A DNA stretch of 64,000 bases from Dehalococcoidia bacterium (GTDB taxonomy: Bacteria; Chloroflexota; Dehalococcoidia; Bin125): the NCBI GenBank assembly GCA_963662615.2, contig CAXXSR010000001.1, positions 224,001 to 288,000 on the forward strand, in the 5' to 3' direction. The position numbers were made by a program, and so were the translations under genes. Of this stretch, positions 19,957 through 31,227 are shown one piece after another. Position 1 is the first letter of the stretch. Each line of letters starts with the position of its first letter. Below the pieces are notes generated by a model. The model was not told the DNA's origin. It made no database searches and saw only the letters and a program-made list of their open reading frames with translations.

Positions 19957-21606
19957 TTACTCCAGCGATACCTGATAGGGGTAGTGAGGCTGGCCGCCTA
20001 TGACAAGCTCGACCTCGAGCGTGTCGGGCAGCGTCGCCGTCAATCGCTCCACCGTCTCCCGCGCTTCCTCGTCGCTCACCTCCGCGCCGCGATAGACCGT
20101 CAGCAGCTCGGCGGCCGGCCGGCTCTCGACCATGCGCTGAGCCAGAAACGCCAGCGCGCCCGAGACCGTCTCTGCCCCTCCCACAATCTCACCCTCCAGC
20201 AGCGCGAACGGCTGCCCTTGCCGGAGCGGCACTGGCTTCTTGATCGCTCGGGCGGCGCGCGTGACCTCGCCGCTCAAGAGATCTTGGGCCGCCTCCACCA
20301 TCCGTCGGCAGGCCGCCTCCAGGTCGGCGCCGGGCTGAAGCGCCGACAGCGCGACGATGGCAGCGGGCTGGCTGGTGACGGGCGCCACCTGGATGCGCAC
20401 GGTGTCGCTCAGTGCCGCCGCTTGCTCCGCGGCCGGGATGACGTTGCGATGGTTCGGCAGCACGATCACCTCCGCGGCGTGCGTGGAGCGCGCCGCCGCT
20501 AAGATGGCCTCAGCGCTGGGATTCTGCGTGGCCCCGCCGGCAACGATGGCGGCCACGCCGAGATCCTTGAAGAGGCGCTCGAACCCCTCCCCCGACGCCA
20601 CGGCGACGACGGCGACCGCGCCCGTTGCGCCCTGCCCCGACGCCAGCGCTTGATGCTGCTCCGCCATGTCCTCGGCTTTGTGTTGCTCCACGTCGCCGTA
20701 GCGCGCGCCCAGGCGGTAGGCGGTCTGGGGATCGGCGATGTGCACGTGGACGTGCAGCAGTGACGTCTCCCCCACGACCAGAACGGAATCCCCCAACTCC
20801 TGCAGCTCGCGGCGGATCTCCAGCGCGTCCAATTCAGCTCCCCGCAGCACGAACTCCGTGCACCAGCCGTAGGGGGCCTCCGCCCGTTGCGCCCCCGCCA
20901 GCCATTGGGGATCGATGCGCCCGCTCTCGGCGGCGGCGGGCGGCAGATCCTCGCCGGTGAGGCCGTGGTGCATCCCCTCCAGGACGACCGCCAGGCCGCG
21001 AGCGCCGGCATCCACCACGCCGGCCTCCGCCAGCATCGGCATCTGATCCGGTGTCCGCTCCACGGCGGCGTGGGCGCATCGCACTGCCGCAGCGGTAATG
21101 GCGGCCACGTTCGCGCCGGTCCCGCCCTGCTCGCCAGCGCGCTGGACTTGGTCGCAGTCCGCGACCGCCCGCGCCACGGAGAGGATGGTCCCCTCGGCCG
21201 GCTCGGCGATGGCGGCGTAGGCGGCATCGGCCGCCCCTGTCAGCGCGGCCAGCAGCGCCCCTCCGTCGGCCACTTCGGCGCGCGCGAACCCCTCGCCCAG
21301 GCCGCGCAGCCACTGCGACAGGATCACGCCGGAGTTCCCCCGCGCTCCCAAGAGGGCGCCGTGGGCGGCGGCCCCGGCAACGTCCGCCAAAGGCGCGTCG
21401 GCGGGGAGCTTCCCGCTCGCTTCCTGGGCCGCCCTCAGGGTCAGGCCCATGTTCGTGCCGGTGTCGCCGTCGGGCACCGGAAAGACGTTGATCGCGTCGA
21501 TCGATGCCGCATTCCGGTCCAGCCAGACCCACGCCGTTGTCAGCATTTGGCGCAGGAGCGGTCCGGTCAGTGCGGGCGCGGATCGCGCTGTCGATGGTCG
21601 CGGCAT
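19957..21606 (-). CDS. DAK2-domain protein (FakA/YloV fatty acid kinase)
   Basis: INVFPVPDGDTGTNM, GARGNSGVILSQ, VVDAG, CTEF, GGQPHYPY. Confidence 0.94.
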   Translation of the reverse strand: MPRPSTARSAPALTGPLLRQMLTTAWVWLDRNAASIDAINVFPVPDGDTGTNMGLTLRAAQEASGKLPADAPLADVAGAAAHGALLGARGNSGVILSQWLRGLGEGFARAEVADGGALLAALTGAADAAYAAIAEPAEGTILSVARAVADCDQVQRAGEQGGTGANVAAITAAAVRCAHAAVERTPDQMPMLAEAGVVDAGARGLAVVLEGMHHGLTGEDLPPAAAESGRIDPQWLAGAQRAEAPYGWCTEFVLRGAELDALEIRRELQELGDSVLVVGETSLLHVHVHIADPQTAYRLGARYGDVEQHKAEDMAEQHQALASGQGATGAVAVVAVASGEGFERLFKDLGVAAIVAGGATQNPSAEAILAAARSTHAAEVIVLPNHRNVIPAAEQAAALSDTVRIQVAPVTSQPAAIVALSALQPGADLEAACRRMVEAAQDLLSGEVTRAARAIKKPVPLRQGQPFALLEGEIVGGAETVSGALAFLAQRMVESRPAAELLTVYRGAEVSDEEARETVERLTATLPDTLEVELVIGGQPHYPYQVSLE

Positions 21607-21685
21607 CCTGGTATGATGGCACAGCGCCTCATTCGGCGCCTTTCCTCGCGCGGCCGTCCACGTTCAGCGGCGAAGGGCCAGTCCC

Positions 21686-21901
21686 GTGTCCGGATTATGC
21701 GATCTGTGCGGCAAGCGGACGTCCTTCGGCCGCAACATCCGTCACAAGCATTCCGGCCGCTGGAAGCGGAAGGCGCCGCGCACCTCGCGCACCTTCAAGC
21801 CCAACGTCCACCGGCGCAAATTTGTCATCGACGGCAAGACCGTCCGCCTCGACGTTTGCACGCAGTGCATGAAGACCATGCTGAAGCGGCTGGCCGCCTA
21901 G
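21686..21901 (+). CDS. rpmB: 50S ribosomal protein L28
   Basis: CDLCGKRTSFGRN...RTFKPNV...VCTQCMK; divergent from the DAK2 gene, a conserved arrangement. Confidence 0.95.
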   Translation: MSGLCDLCGKRTSFGRNIRHKHSGRWKRKAPRTSRTFKPNVHRRKFVIDGKTVRLDVCTQCMKTMLKRLAA

Positions 21902-21969
21902 CCTCCGCTCCCTCTCAACCTCAGCTGTCTTTGATCGCCGCGGTCCGCTTGGCCGTCGCGCCCCCGGCC

Positions 21970-22653
21970 CTAGCGCTCCCCGATCGCCCCCCGCAGCCGC
22001 GCCATCGCCGCCCCCACCGACTCTCGATCGTTAAACACCGCCGAGCCGGCGACCAGCAGCTCCGCCCCCGCCTCCACGACCGCCGCCGCCGTCTTCGCGT
22101 TCACGCCGCCGTCCACTTCCAGCACCGCGTTGAGCCCCAGCGCCTGAAGTTGCTCTTGCGTCGCCCGCAACCGCTCCAACGACTCCGGAATGAACGGCTG
22201 CCCGCCCCAGCCGGGCTGCACGCTCATGATCTGCAGCTGATCGACCTCCGCCAGCACCGGCTCCAGCGCCGCCAGCTCCGTCTCCGGCTTCAGCGTCACT
22301 CCCGTGCGAGCGCCGGCGGCCCGAATCTGCTCTAGCACCGCGCCTATCGTCGCGGTCGATTCGACATGCACGATCAGGGTGTCCGCGCCGGCGGCGATGA
22401 ATTCGTCGATGTGCTGTTCCGGCTCCTCGATCATCAAATGCACGTCCAGCGGCAGCGAGGTCACTCGGCGCACCGCCTCCACCATCAGCGGCCCGAAGGT
22501 GATCCGCGGCACGAAGCGGCCGTCCATCACGTCAATGTGGATCGCGTCGGCGCCCGCCGCCTCCGCCTCCCGTACCTGCTCGCCGAGCCGCGTCAGGTCG
22601 GCGGCGAGGATGGACGGTGCGATCTGGATCCTGCGCCCACCGCTACGCGCCAT
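21970..22653 (-). CDS. rpe: Ribulose-phosphate 3-epimerase
   Basis: IAPSILAAD, HIDVMDGRFVP, DVHLMI, EVDGG, VAGSA. Confidence 0.96.
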   Translation of the reverse strand: MARSGGRRIQIAPSILAADLTRLGEQVREAEAAGADAIHIDVMDGRFVPRITFGPLMVEAVRRVTSLPLDVHLMIEEPEQHIDEFIAAGADTLIVHVESTATIGAVLEQIRAAGARTGVTLKPETELAALEPVLAEVDQLQIMSVQPGWGGQPFIPESLERLRATQEQLQALGLNAVLEVDGGVNAKTAAAVVEAGAELLVAGSAVFNDRESVGAAMARLRGAIGER

Positions 22654-22657
22654 CGAT

Positions 22658-24154
<1,497 letters not shown>

Positions 24155-24327
24155 GTCGGCTACAGCCCTGGCTCCGTCCTTGGCGCCGCCACCCGCGACG
24201 TCCGTCGTTCCGGTCCGTTCTCGCGCGGTGGCGCGTTCATGTGGCGCCAGCATCGCATATCTCGGACGCGGCGGCTTCCCACTGGGCGCGGCGTGCAGTT
24301 CAGGGAACACAGGCGCCGGCGCCGGAG

Positions 24328-24711
24328 TCAGCCGCCGCCCGCGACGGTCTCGCTCAGCCCGGCTTCACTCAGAATCGCCGCCACGTCCGCCGGGTCGACG
24401 TCTACTCGCCGCCGCAGGGCGACCGCAGGAATCTCGCGCCCTTCCGCCACCAGGCGGCGATAGAACGTCGCGGCCAGGACCCGCAGGATCGCCTGCAGGC
24501 CATCCTCGTCCAGGGGGCCGCCCCCCCGCGCCGCCAGCGTCTCCCGGAAGAGCGCTTGCGCGTCCACCGCCAGCCCCAGGTTGCATTCCAGCGCTCTCTG
24601 ATGCGGCTGCCGGAGGATGAAATCCGCGGTCACGGAGCCGCCGAACGTCAGGCCGCGACCTTCGTAGCCCACATCGAGCTCTGGCACGTCGCTCCCGGCT
24701 GGCCCCGTCAT
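24328..24711 (-). CDS. Hypothetical protein (127 aa) inside the arg cluster
   Basis: Co-oriented ORF between argG and argH with globular-like composition; no motif recognised. Confidence 0.65.
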   Translation of the reverse strand: MTGPAGSDVPELDVGYEGRGLTFGGSVTADFILRQPHQRALECNLGLAVDAQALFRETLAARGGGPLDEDGLQAILRVLAATFYRRLVAEGREIPAVALRRRVDVDPADVAAILSEAGLSETVAGGG

Positions 24712-24745
24712 GGCAATCGGTTTGGAAGCACCCTCGTCGATGCCG

Positions 24746-26014
24746 TCACCGCACCGCCTCGTCGATGTTTCCGCCCCGGCTCACCGCGAGTGGATCACCG
24801 GGCTGTCGCAACAGCTGCGTCTCCGCCTGCAGCCGCACCGGCAAGCCCCAGATCTGGATGAAGCCCAGGGCAGCCGACTGATCGAAGCTGTCGCCTTCAG
24901 CATATGTAGCCAGCGACCGCTGGTACAGACTGGAGGGACTGGTCTGGCCCACAGCCCGGACCGTCCCTTTGTGCAGTCGCAGCCGCACCGTCCCGCTGAC
25001 GTGCCGCTGCATGGACTGCGTCAACGCCGCCAGATCCTGGTGGTGCCCGCTGAACCAGAGCCCGTCGTAGATCAGGTCGGCGTAGTCCTGCATGAGCCGC
25101 TGCTTCAAGCGCAGCTGCTGCTTGCTCAGTGTGAGCCGCTCCAACGCCTGATGCGCCTCCAGCAGCGCCACCGCCGCCGGCGCCTCGTACACCTCCCGTG
25201 ACTTGATCCCCACCAGCCGGTTCTCCACCATGTCAATGCGGCCCACCCCGTGCGCCCGCGCCGTCTCGTGCATCCGCGTGACCAGCGTGACCGGGCTCAA
25301 CTCCTCACCGTCCAGCGACACGGGCATCCCGCGCTCAAAGCCCACCTCCACGTAGAGCGGCTCGGCCGGCGCCGCCTCCAGCGACTGCGTCCATTCCCAG
25401 ACGTCGTCCGGCGGCTCCACAGCAGGATCTTCCAACGCACCCGCCTCCACGGATCGCCCCCAGAGGTTCGCGTCCACGGAATACGGCGTTTTCTTCCCTG
25501 CCCTGAGGGGAATCTTGTGTGCCTGTGCGTAGGCCAGCTCCGACGCGCGCGTCGTCAGCTCCCACTCCCGCACCGGGGCCAGGATCCGCAGCGCCGGCGC
25601 CAGCGCCCCCACCGACACGTCAAAGCGCACCTGGTCATTGCCCTTGCCGGTGCACCCATGCGCCACGGCGCCGGCGTTCTCCGCGTGCGCCGTGTCCACC
25701 AGCAACTTCGCGATCAGCGGCCGCGCCAACGCCGTTGCCAAGGGGTATTTCCCCTCATAGAGCGCCCCCGCCATCAGCGCCGGGAAGATGAACGACCGCG
25801 TAAACGTCTCCCGCGCGTCCTCCACAATCAGCCGCGACGCGCCCGCCGCCAGTGCCCGCTGCTCCAACTCCGCTCCTTCGTCCAGGAATCCCAAGTCCGC
25901 CGTGAGGCAGATCACCTCCCAGCCGCGCTCTACGAGCCAACGCGTGGCCACCGACGTGTCCAAGCCGCCGCTGTAGGCCAGCACGACCTTCTTGGGGCGC
26001 TGGGATCTCGGCAC
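24746..26014 (-). CDS. argG: Argininosuccinate synthase
   Basis: LAYSGGLDTS, HGCTGKGNDQVRF, ENRLVGIKSREVYE. Confidence 0.97.
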   Translation of the reverse strand: MPRSQRPKKVVLAYSGGLDTSVATRWLVERGWEVICLTADLGFLDEGAELEQRALAAGASRLIVEDARETFTRSFIFPALMAGALYEGKYPLATALARPLIAKLLVDTAHAENAGAVAHGCTGKGNDQVRFDVSVGALAPALRILAPVREWELTTRASELAYAQAHKIPLRAGKKTPYSVDANLWGRSVEAGALEDPAVEPPDDVWEWTQSLEAAPAEPLYVEVGFERGMPVSLDGEELSPVTLVTRMHETARAHGVGRIDMVENRLVGIKSREVYEAPAAVALLEAHQALERLTLSKQQLRLKQRLMQDYADLIYDGLWFSGHHQDLAALTQSMQRHVSGTVRLRLHKGTVRAVGQTSPSSLYQRSLATYAEGDSFDQSAALGFIQIWGLPVRLQAETQLLRQPGDPLAVSRGGNIDEAVR

Positions 26015-26040
26015 GGCTGGGATATCCCTCCGCGACGCGC

Positions 26041-27240
26041 TCAGCCGGAGGCGGCCGCGACGACGGCGCTCAGCGCCTCGTCCACGATCTCCACCGCGCG
26101 GTCCAGCTCCGCCTCCGTCACCGTCAAGGGCGGAATGAACCGCAGCGCCGTCGCCTTCACGTTGTTGATCAGCAGGCCCCGCTCCCGACAGGCGCCGACA
26201 AGGTCCGCCGCGATCGCCGAGGAGAATTCGATCGCCACCATCAGCCCCTGACCGCGCACCTCCACGACCTCCGCCTGGCGGTCCTCCAGCGAGCGCAGCT
26301 TGGCCATCAGGTGGGCGCCTTTCGCCTCCACCTGCGCCGGGATGTCCTCATCCAACATCGCCCGCACCACCGCCAACGCCACCGCCGTGGCGAGCGGCTG
26401 GCCACCGAAAGTGGTCCCGTGCTCGCTCGGCTCGAAGGCGGCCAAGCGATCGTTGGCCAGGAACGCGCCAATGGGCACACCGCCGCCCAGCCCCTTGGCC
26501 AAGGCCATCACGTCCGGTGCGAAGTTGTAGTGCTGAAAGCCGAAGAGGCGGCCCGTCCGCCCCATCCCGGTTTGCACCTCGTCCAACACCAGGGCCAGGT
26601 CGGCGTCGTCACAGAGGCGGCGCACGGCCGGCAGGTAGTCCGGATCCGGCACGTTGACGCCGCCTTCGCCCTGGACCGGTTCCAGCAGGACCGCGCACGT
26701 CTTGCTGGTGACGGCGCCCCGCAGCGCCTCAATGTCGTTGTAGGGCACGTGCAGGAATCCGGGCGGCAGCGGCTGGAACGGCTCGCTGTACTTCGGGGTG
26801 CCGCTGGCGGTGACCGCGGCGAGCGAGCGCCCGTGGAAGCCGTCCTCCATGGCGATGATCTCGAACGAGCCGTTGCGCTGGGTGCGGCCCCACTTCCGCA
26901 CCAGCTTGATGCAGCCCTCGTTCGCCTCAGCGCCGCTGTTGCAAAAGAAGATGCGGCTGAGGCCGCTCTCGCGCACCAGGATCTCGGCCAGCTCCACCTG
27001 CGGCACGGTGTAAAAGATATTGGAGACGTGCATCAGGGTGTCGGCTTGCGCCTTCAACGCCCCCACCACCGTGGGGTGCGTGTGGCCCAGGCTGTCCGCG
27101 GCGATGCCGGCCACGAAGTCCAAGTACTCCTTGCCGTCCTCATCCCACACGCGCGTGCCGCGGCCCCGCACCAGCGTGACCGGCTGGCGCACGCCCGTGC
27201 GCATGAAGACGGCGGCCTCCCGCTCGGCAATGCTCGCCAT
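26041..27240 (-). CDS. argD: Acetylornithine aminotransferase
   Basis: NSGAEANE, FHGRS, EPVQGEGG, DEVQTG, AKGLGGG; arg context. Confidence 0.94.
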   Translation of the reverse strand: MASIAEREAAVFMRTGVRQPVTLVRGRGTRVWDEDGKEYLDFVAGIAADSLGHTHPTVVGALKAQADTLMHVSNIFYTVPQVELAEILVRESGLSRIFFCNSGAEANEGCIKLVRKWGRTQRNGSFEIIAMEDGFHGRSLAAVTASGTPKYSEPFQPLPPGFLHVPYNDIEALRGAVTSKTCAVLLEPVQGEGGVNVPDPDYLPAVRRLCDDADLALVLDEVQTGMGRTGRLFGFQHYNFAPDVMALAKGLGGGVPIGAFLANDRLAAFEPSEHGTTFGGQPLATAVALAVVRAMLDEDIPAQVEAKGAHLMAKLRSLEDRQAEVVEVRGQGLMVAIEFSSAIAADLVGACRERGLLINNVKATALRFIPPLTVTEAELDRAVEIVDEALSAVVAAASG

Positions 27241-27281
27241 GGCTCCTGCTTCCTTCGCCGGCGCCGGCGCGCGCCTTGGCC

Positions 27282-30200
27282 TTAGGGCGGCGCGCGGCTC
27301 TCCGCCGTTAGCTGATCCAGGGCCCGCTCCAGCCGTTCAAGTTCCTTACCATATCCGGCGAAATCGCCCGCAGCAAGACGCGCTTGGGCGTCCGCGAAGG
27401 CGTCCTGCGCCTCCGCGATCAGGCCCGCCAGGTCCTCCGACGCCTCCCCAGACGGGGGCGACGCGCGCGGCTCGGCCTCCCCGTCCGCGGGCGGTTCCAC
27501 GGTTGCCGGCGGGGAGGGAGCGGTTGGGGCCGGCTCCCCCACGCTGGCCTCGCCCAGCACCTCCGGCGGGACGGTGAAGCCCAGGGCCACAGTGGCCGCC
27601 TCCGCCAACGTCTCCTCCAAGGCGACGCGGTCCCCGTTGACCATGACCACGAACTTCAGCTGCGGGAACAGGGACGTCTCCGCCTGCACGTAGAGCGGCT
27701 CCACGTAGATGAAGGAATCGCCCACGGGAATGAACAGGAGGTTTCCGCGAATGACCTCACTGCCCTCCTGGCCCAGGAGCGTGAACTGGCGGCTCACCGC
27801 AGGCTCTTGGCCAATGCGCGCTTCCACTTGCGCCGGGCCGACCACGTTGCGGTCGGCCGGGAAGCGGAAGGCAAATAAGCGGCCGTAGTGCTCGCCGTCG
27901 CTGCGGCCCGCCATCCAAGCGATCGCGTTCTGACGGATGCGCGGCGTAAACGGCAGGATCAGGAGGAACTCCGGCTCGTCGCCGTCCGGCAGACGCAACG
28001 TCACGTAGTAGGGCTCCACCGGCACCGACTGCTCACGCAGGACCTCCTGCGGAATCGCCCAGATGGCCTCGCGGTTGAACAGGGTTGTGGGATTGGTGAT
28101 GTGGTAGGTCAGGTACTGGTCAGACTGGATCTGGAAAAGGTCCTGGGGATAGCGCCAGTGCTCCCGCAGGTCGGCCGGGAAGGCGCTGCTGGGCCTAAAC
28201 AGCTCTGGGAAGATCTTCTCCCAGACCCGGACGATCGGATCGCGGGGGCTGCCCTGCACCACATCGTCGACGATGTACAGGTCCACCGTCCCGTCGAATG
28301 TGCTGATCACCGCCTTCACCGAGTTGCGGATGTAGTTGACGCCGCTCGAGTGCGGCTGCGAGTAGGGCATGCGATCGCTGGTGGTGTAGGCGTCCTGAAT
28401 CCAGTAAAGACGCCCATCAAGGCCAATGACAACGTAGGGATCGGCGTCCAGGGTCAGGAAGGGCGCCAGCTGCCGCACCCGCTCTTGAATGTTCCGCCGG
28501 AACAAGATCCGGCTGTCACCGTCGATCGCCCCGGAGATGAGGATGTTCGTGTCGGCGAATTCCCAGGCGAAGGCGAGACGCTTGAAGAAGCCGCCCACCT
28601 TGACGCCGCCTGATCCGTCATAGCGGTTGCGCGCTTGGCTTTCCAGCGCCAGCTCCTCCTCCCCGCCGCCGCCGCCCGACAAGGGAAAGTCGAACTCCTC
28701 CTCTTCTGAATTCACGATCACATAGGAGTTCGTTGCCTCACCAAAGTAGATCCGCGGCTGCGCTGTCGCGTCCGCGAACCGCGCCAAGGCGCTCCCTTCG
28801 TTCGCGGCGACACCGTCCAGCTGGGGCGGGATGTTGGAGACCACGAACTCCGGCTGCCCGGCGCCGGTCACCGCATCCACGGGATTCACCGTCACGCCAA
28901 ACCCGTGGGTGAACTGCAGGCGGCTGTTGACCCAGCTCTCTTGGCCGGGCGGCAGGTTGCCCTGGGACAGCTCCCGCGCCGCCAGGAACACCTGCCGAGT
29001 CTCCCCGCCGATCTCGTAGCGGTCCACGTCCACGTCCGGAAAGACGTAGAGCGGCCGGATCGTCTGGATCGTGTTGAGCGTGTCGTTCAGGGGCCGATGA
29101 TCCCAGAGGCGGAGGTTGCGCAGCGCCTCCGGGTTGGTCTCCACGTCGGCAGGGGTCACCGCGTCGTTGGCGGGGAATTGGCGCTCCTCAATGGCGTCCA
29201 GCCCAAAGGCGAACCGCGTGGCCTCAATGTTCCGCGCAATGAACTCGCGCTCGCGCGACAGCTCGTTGGGCTCCACGGTGACGCGCTGGACAATGGCGGG
29301 GTAGATCAGCAGCCCGCCAATGCTCACCAGCACCAGCAACCCCAGCGCGCCTCCGGGCACCAGCAGCCGACGGTGAAAGGGCCAGCTCAGCAGCGCCAGC
29401 CCCACAACGCCGCCCACCGCCATCAGCACCAGGAACACCACGCTGCGCGCATTCACGTCCGTAAATGTGGCGCCGAAGACGGTCCCGTTCTCGCTCACCG
29501 CCAGCTCGAACCGTGCCAGCCAGTAGCCCCAGACGAACAGCCCGATGATGACGGTCAGCAGCACGGCGAGATGGATACGCACGGGGCGTGTCGCGCTGAC
29601 ATTGCCGCCGTAGGTCAGATAGCGATACCCATAGACGGCCACGGTGGCAAGGGCCGTCACAATGGTCAGCCCAACCCCCCATCCCTTGATGAACTGCAGC
29701 GCTTCCAGCTTGAACACATAGAAGCCCACGTCGCGGTTGAACTGCCTGTCGAGTAAACCGAACGGTTCGGCATTGATGAACTGCAGGATCCGTTCCCACT
29801 GCCCCGACGCGATTGCGCCCAGAATGATGCTCATGAACGCCGCCGCCACGACCGTGACGATGATCATCACCCGCCGCACCGCGCCCGGCGAGAAGTCTCG
29901 CAGGGGACTGCGCGGCTCCCCCGTCGCCTCCACGGGAAGGCGCCAGGCGAGCGTCATGCTGCCCAGCAAGTACACCAGCGCGATCCCAAAGCCGGCGAAG
30001 AAGAGCCAGAGGCGCGCCCCAATGCGCGTGTTGAAGACGCCGCGATAGTCCAGCTCGCTGAACCACAGCCGGTCGATGTACAGGCCAATGGCGATATTCG
30101 CCACGATCAGCGCGAGCATCAGGATGACGACGAGAATGAGAATGCGTGGCCACCAGCGCCGGCCCGGGCCCCCGCGCTGGCTCGCCTCATAGGGCGGCGG

Positions 30201-30407
30201 CGGCTCGCGGTCCGGGCCGCCGCTCCCGGTCAGGTCGCGGAAGACCGGTGGCGGCGGGCCCAGATCGCCACTGCGCCCCTCCTCGGACGGTGGGACGTCC
30301 TTCGGCGACGGCTCCTCCGGGCGCTCAGCGTTCGGGTCCCTGCTCTGCGCCCAGCCTCTCCGGCTCCCGCCCGGCACCAGCACCAGCCACCTCCCTCGGG
30401 CGCTCAT
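27282..30407 (-). CDS. UPF0182 family membrane protein
   Basis: DRLWF, DVGFYVFKL, NLRLWD, DVDRY, FTHGFG, QPRIYFGE, NYIRNSVK, RGNLL. Confidence 0.93.
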   Translation of the reverse strand: MSARGRWLVLVPGGSRRGWAQSRDPNAERPEEPSPKDVPPSEEGRSGDLGPPPPVFRDLTGSGGPDREPPPPYEASQRGGPGRRWWPRILILVVILMLALIVANIAIGLYIDRLWFSELDYRGVFNTRIGARLWLFFAGFGIALVYLLGSMTLAWRLPVEATGEPRSPLRDFSPGAVRRVMIIVTVVAAAFMSIILGAIASGQWERILQFINAEPFGLLDRQFNRDVGFYVFKLEALQFIKGWGVGLTIVTALATVAVYGYRYLTYGGNVSATRPVRIHLAVLLTVIIGLFVWGYWLARFELAVSENGTVFGATFTDVNARSVVFLVLMAVGGVVGLALLSWPFHRRLLVPGGALGLLVLVSIGGLLIYPAIVQRVTVEPNELSREREFIARNIEATRFAFGLDAIEERQFPANDAVTPADVETNPEALRNLRLWDHRPLNDTLNTIQTIRPLYVFPDVDVDRYEIGGETRQVFLAARELSQGNLPPGQESWVNSRLQFTHGFGVTVNPVDAVTGAGQPEFVVSNIPPQLDGVAANEGSALARFADATAQPRIYFGEATNSYVIVNSEEEEFDFPLSGGGGGEEELALESQARNRYDGSGGVKVGGFFKRLAFAWEFADTNILISGAIDGDSRILFRRNIQERVRQLAPFLTLDADPYVVIGLDGRLYWIQDAYTTSDRMPYSQPHSSGVNYIRNSVKAVISTFDGTVDLYIVDDVVQGSPRDPIVRVWEKIFPELFRPSSAFPADLREHWRYPQDLFQIQSDQYLTYHITNPTTLFNREAIWAIPQEVLREQSVPVEPYYVTLRLPDGDEPEFLLILPFTPRIRQNAIAWMAGRSDGEHYGRLFAFRFPADRNVVGPAQVEARIGQEPAVSRQFTLLGQEGSEVIRGNLLFIPVGDSFIYVEPLYVQAETSLFPQLKFVVMVNGDRVALEETLAEAATVALGFTVPPEVLGEASVGEPAPTAPSPPATVEPPADGEAEPRASPPSGEASEDLAGLIAEAQDAFADAQARLAAGDFAGYGKELERLERALDQLTAESRAPP

Positions 30408-31183
30408 GGAGTTTCGATCCGCGTGCCCGTTGCTCCGTCCAAGGCCGCCAGCACCGCCCCACCCTTCCGGCCATCTACAATGCGCGCCGGCGCGCCCGCT
30501 GCGGCGGCCGCCCGGCCCGCCTCAACCTTTGGAAGCATGCCCCCCACCAGCGTGCCGCTTGCGCGCAGCGCTTCGATTCCCGCGCCGTCCAAGGCCGCGA
30601 TCACGCGGCCGTCCTCGTCCAGGATGCCCGGGACGTCCGTGAGGAAGACGAGGCGCTCGGCTTGAATCGCGGTGGCGATGGCGCCGGCCGCGGCGTCGGC
30701 GTTGATGTTGATCAGCTCGCTCCCGTCCGGCGTCAGCCCAATGGGCGCAATGACCGGGAGCCAGCCGGCCTGCAGCAGTGTGAAGAGGATGCTGGGATCG
30801 CAGGTGGGCGCCTCACCCACGTAGCCGAGTCCGCGGCTGCTCAGCGGCGAGCGGATGAGGCCGGCGTCAACGCCGCTGAGGCCGATCACTCGCGCCCCCA
30901 GCCGCGTTAGGCGCTGCACCAACTCCTTGTTCACCAGCCCGGCCAGCACCGCCACGACCGCCGACCGGCTCCCGGCCGTGGTTTTGCGCAGTCCGTCCAC
31001 GAACTCCGTGGGCTCATGCAGCCGCTCCAGCCAAGCAGAGACCGTCGCGCCGCCGCCGTGGACCAGCACCACGGCGAAGCCTTGGCGCTGGAGTTGCGCG
31101 CAGTCCTCCAGCGACGTGTCGCCGGCTCCCAGCGTGCTGCCGCCGATTTTCACGACGATGGGCCGAGACGGGGCGGATATCAT
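30404..31183 (-). CDS. argB: Acetylglutamate kinase
   Basis: VVKIGGS, VHGGG, NINAD, GGMLPKV. Confidence 0.95.
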   Translation of the reverse strand: MISAPSRPIVVKIGGSTLGAGDTSLEDCAQLQRQGFAVVLVHGGGATVSAWLERLHEPTEFVDGLRKTTAGSRSAVVAVLAGLVNKELVQRLTRLGARVIGLSGVDAGLIRSPLSSRGLGYVGEAPTCDPSILFTLLQAGWLPVIAPIGLTPDGSELININADAAAGAIATAIQAERLVFLTDVPGILDEDGRVIAALDGAGIEALRASGTLVGGMLPKVEAGRAAAAAGAPARIVDGRKGGAVLAALDGATGTRIETP

Positions 31184-31227
31184 TGCCCCCCAGCCTACGC
31201 GATCGCGCCGCTCCGCCAAAGCCACGG

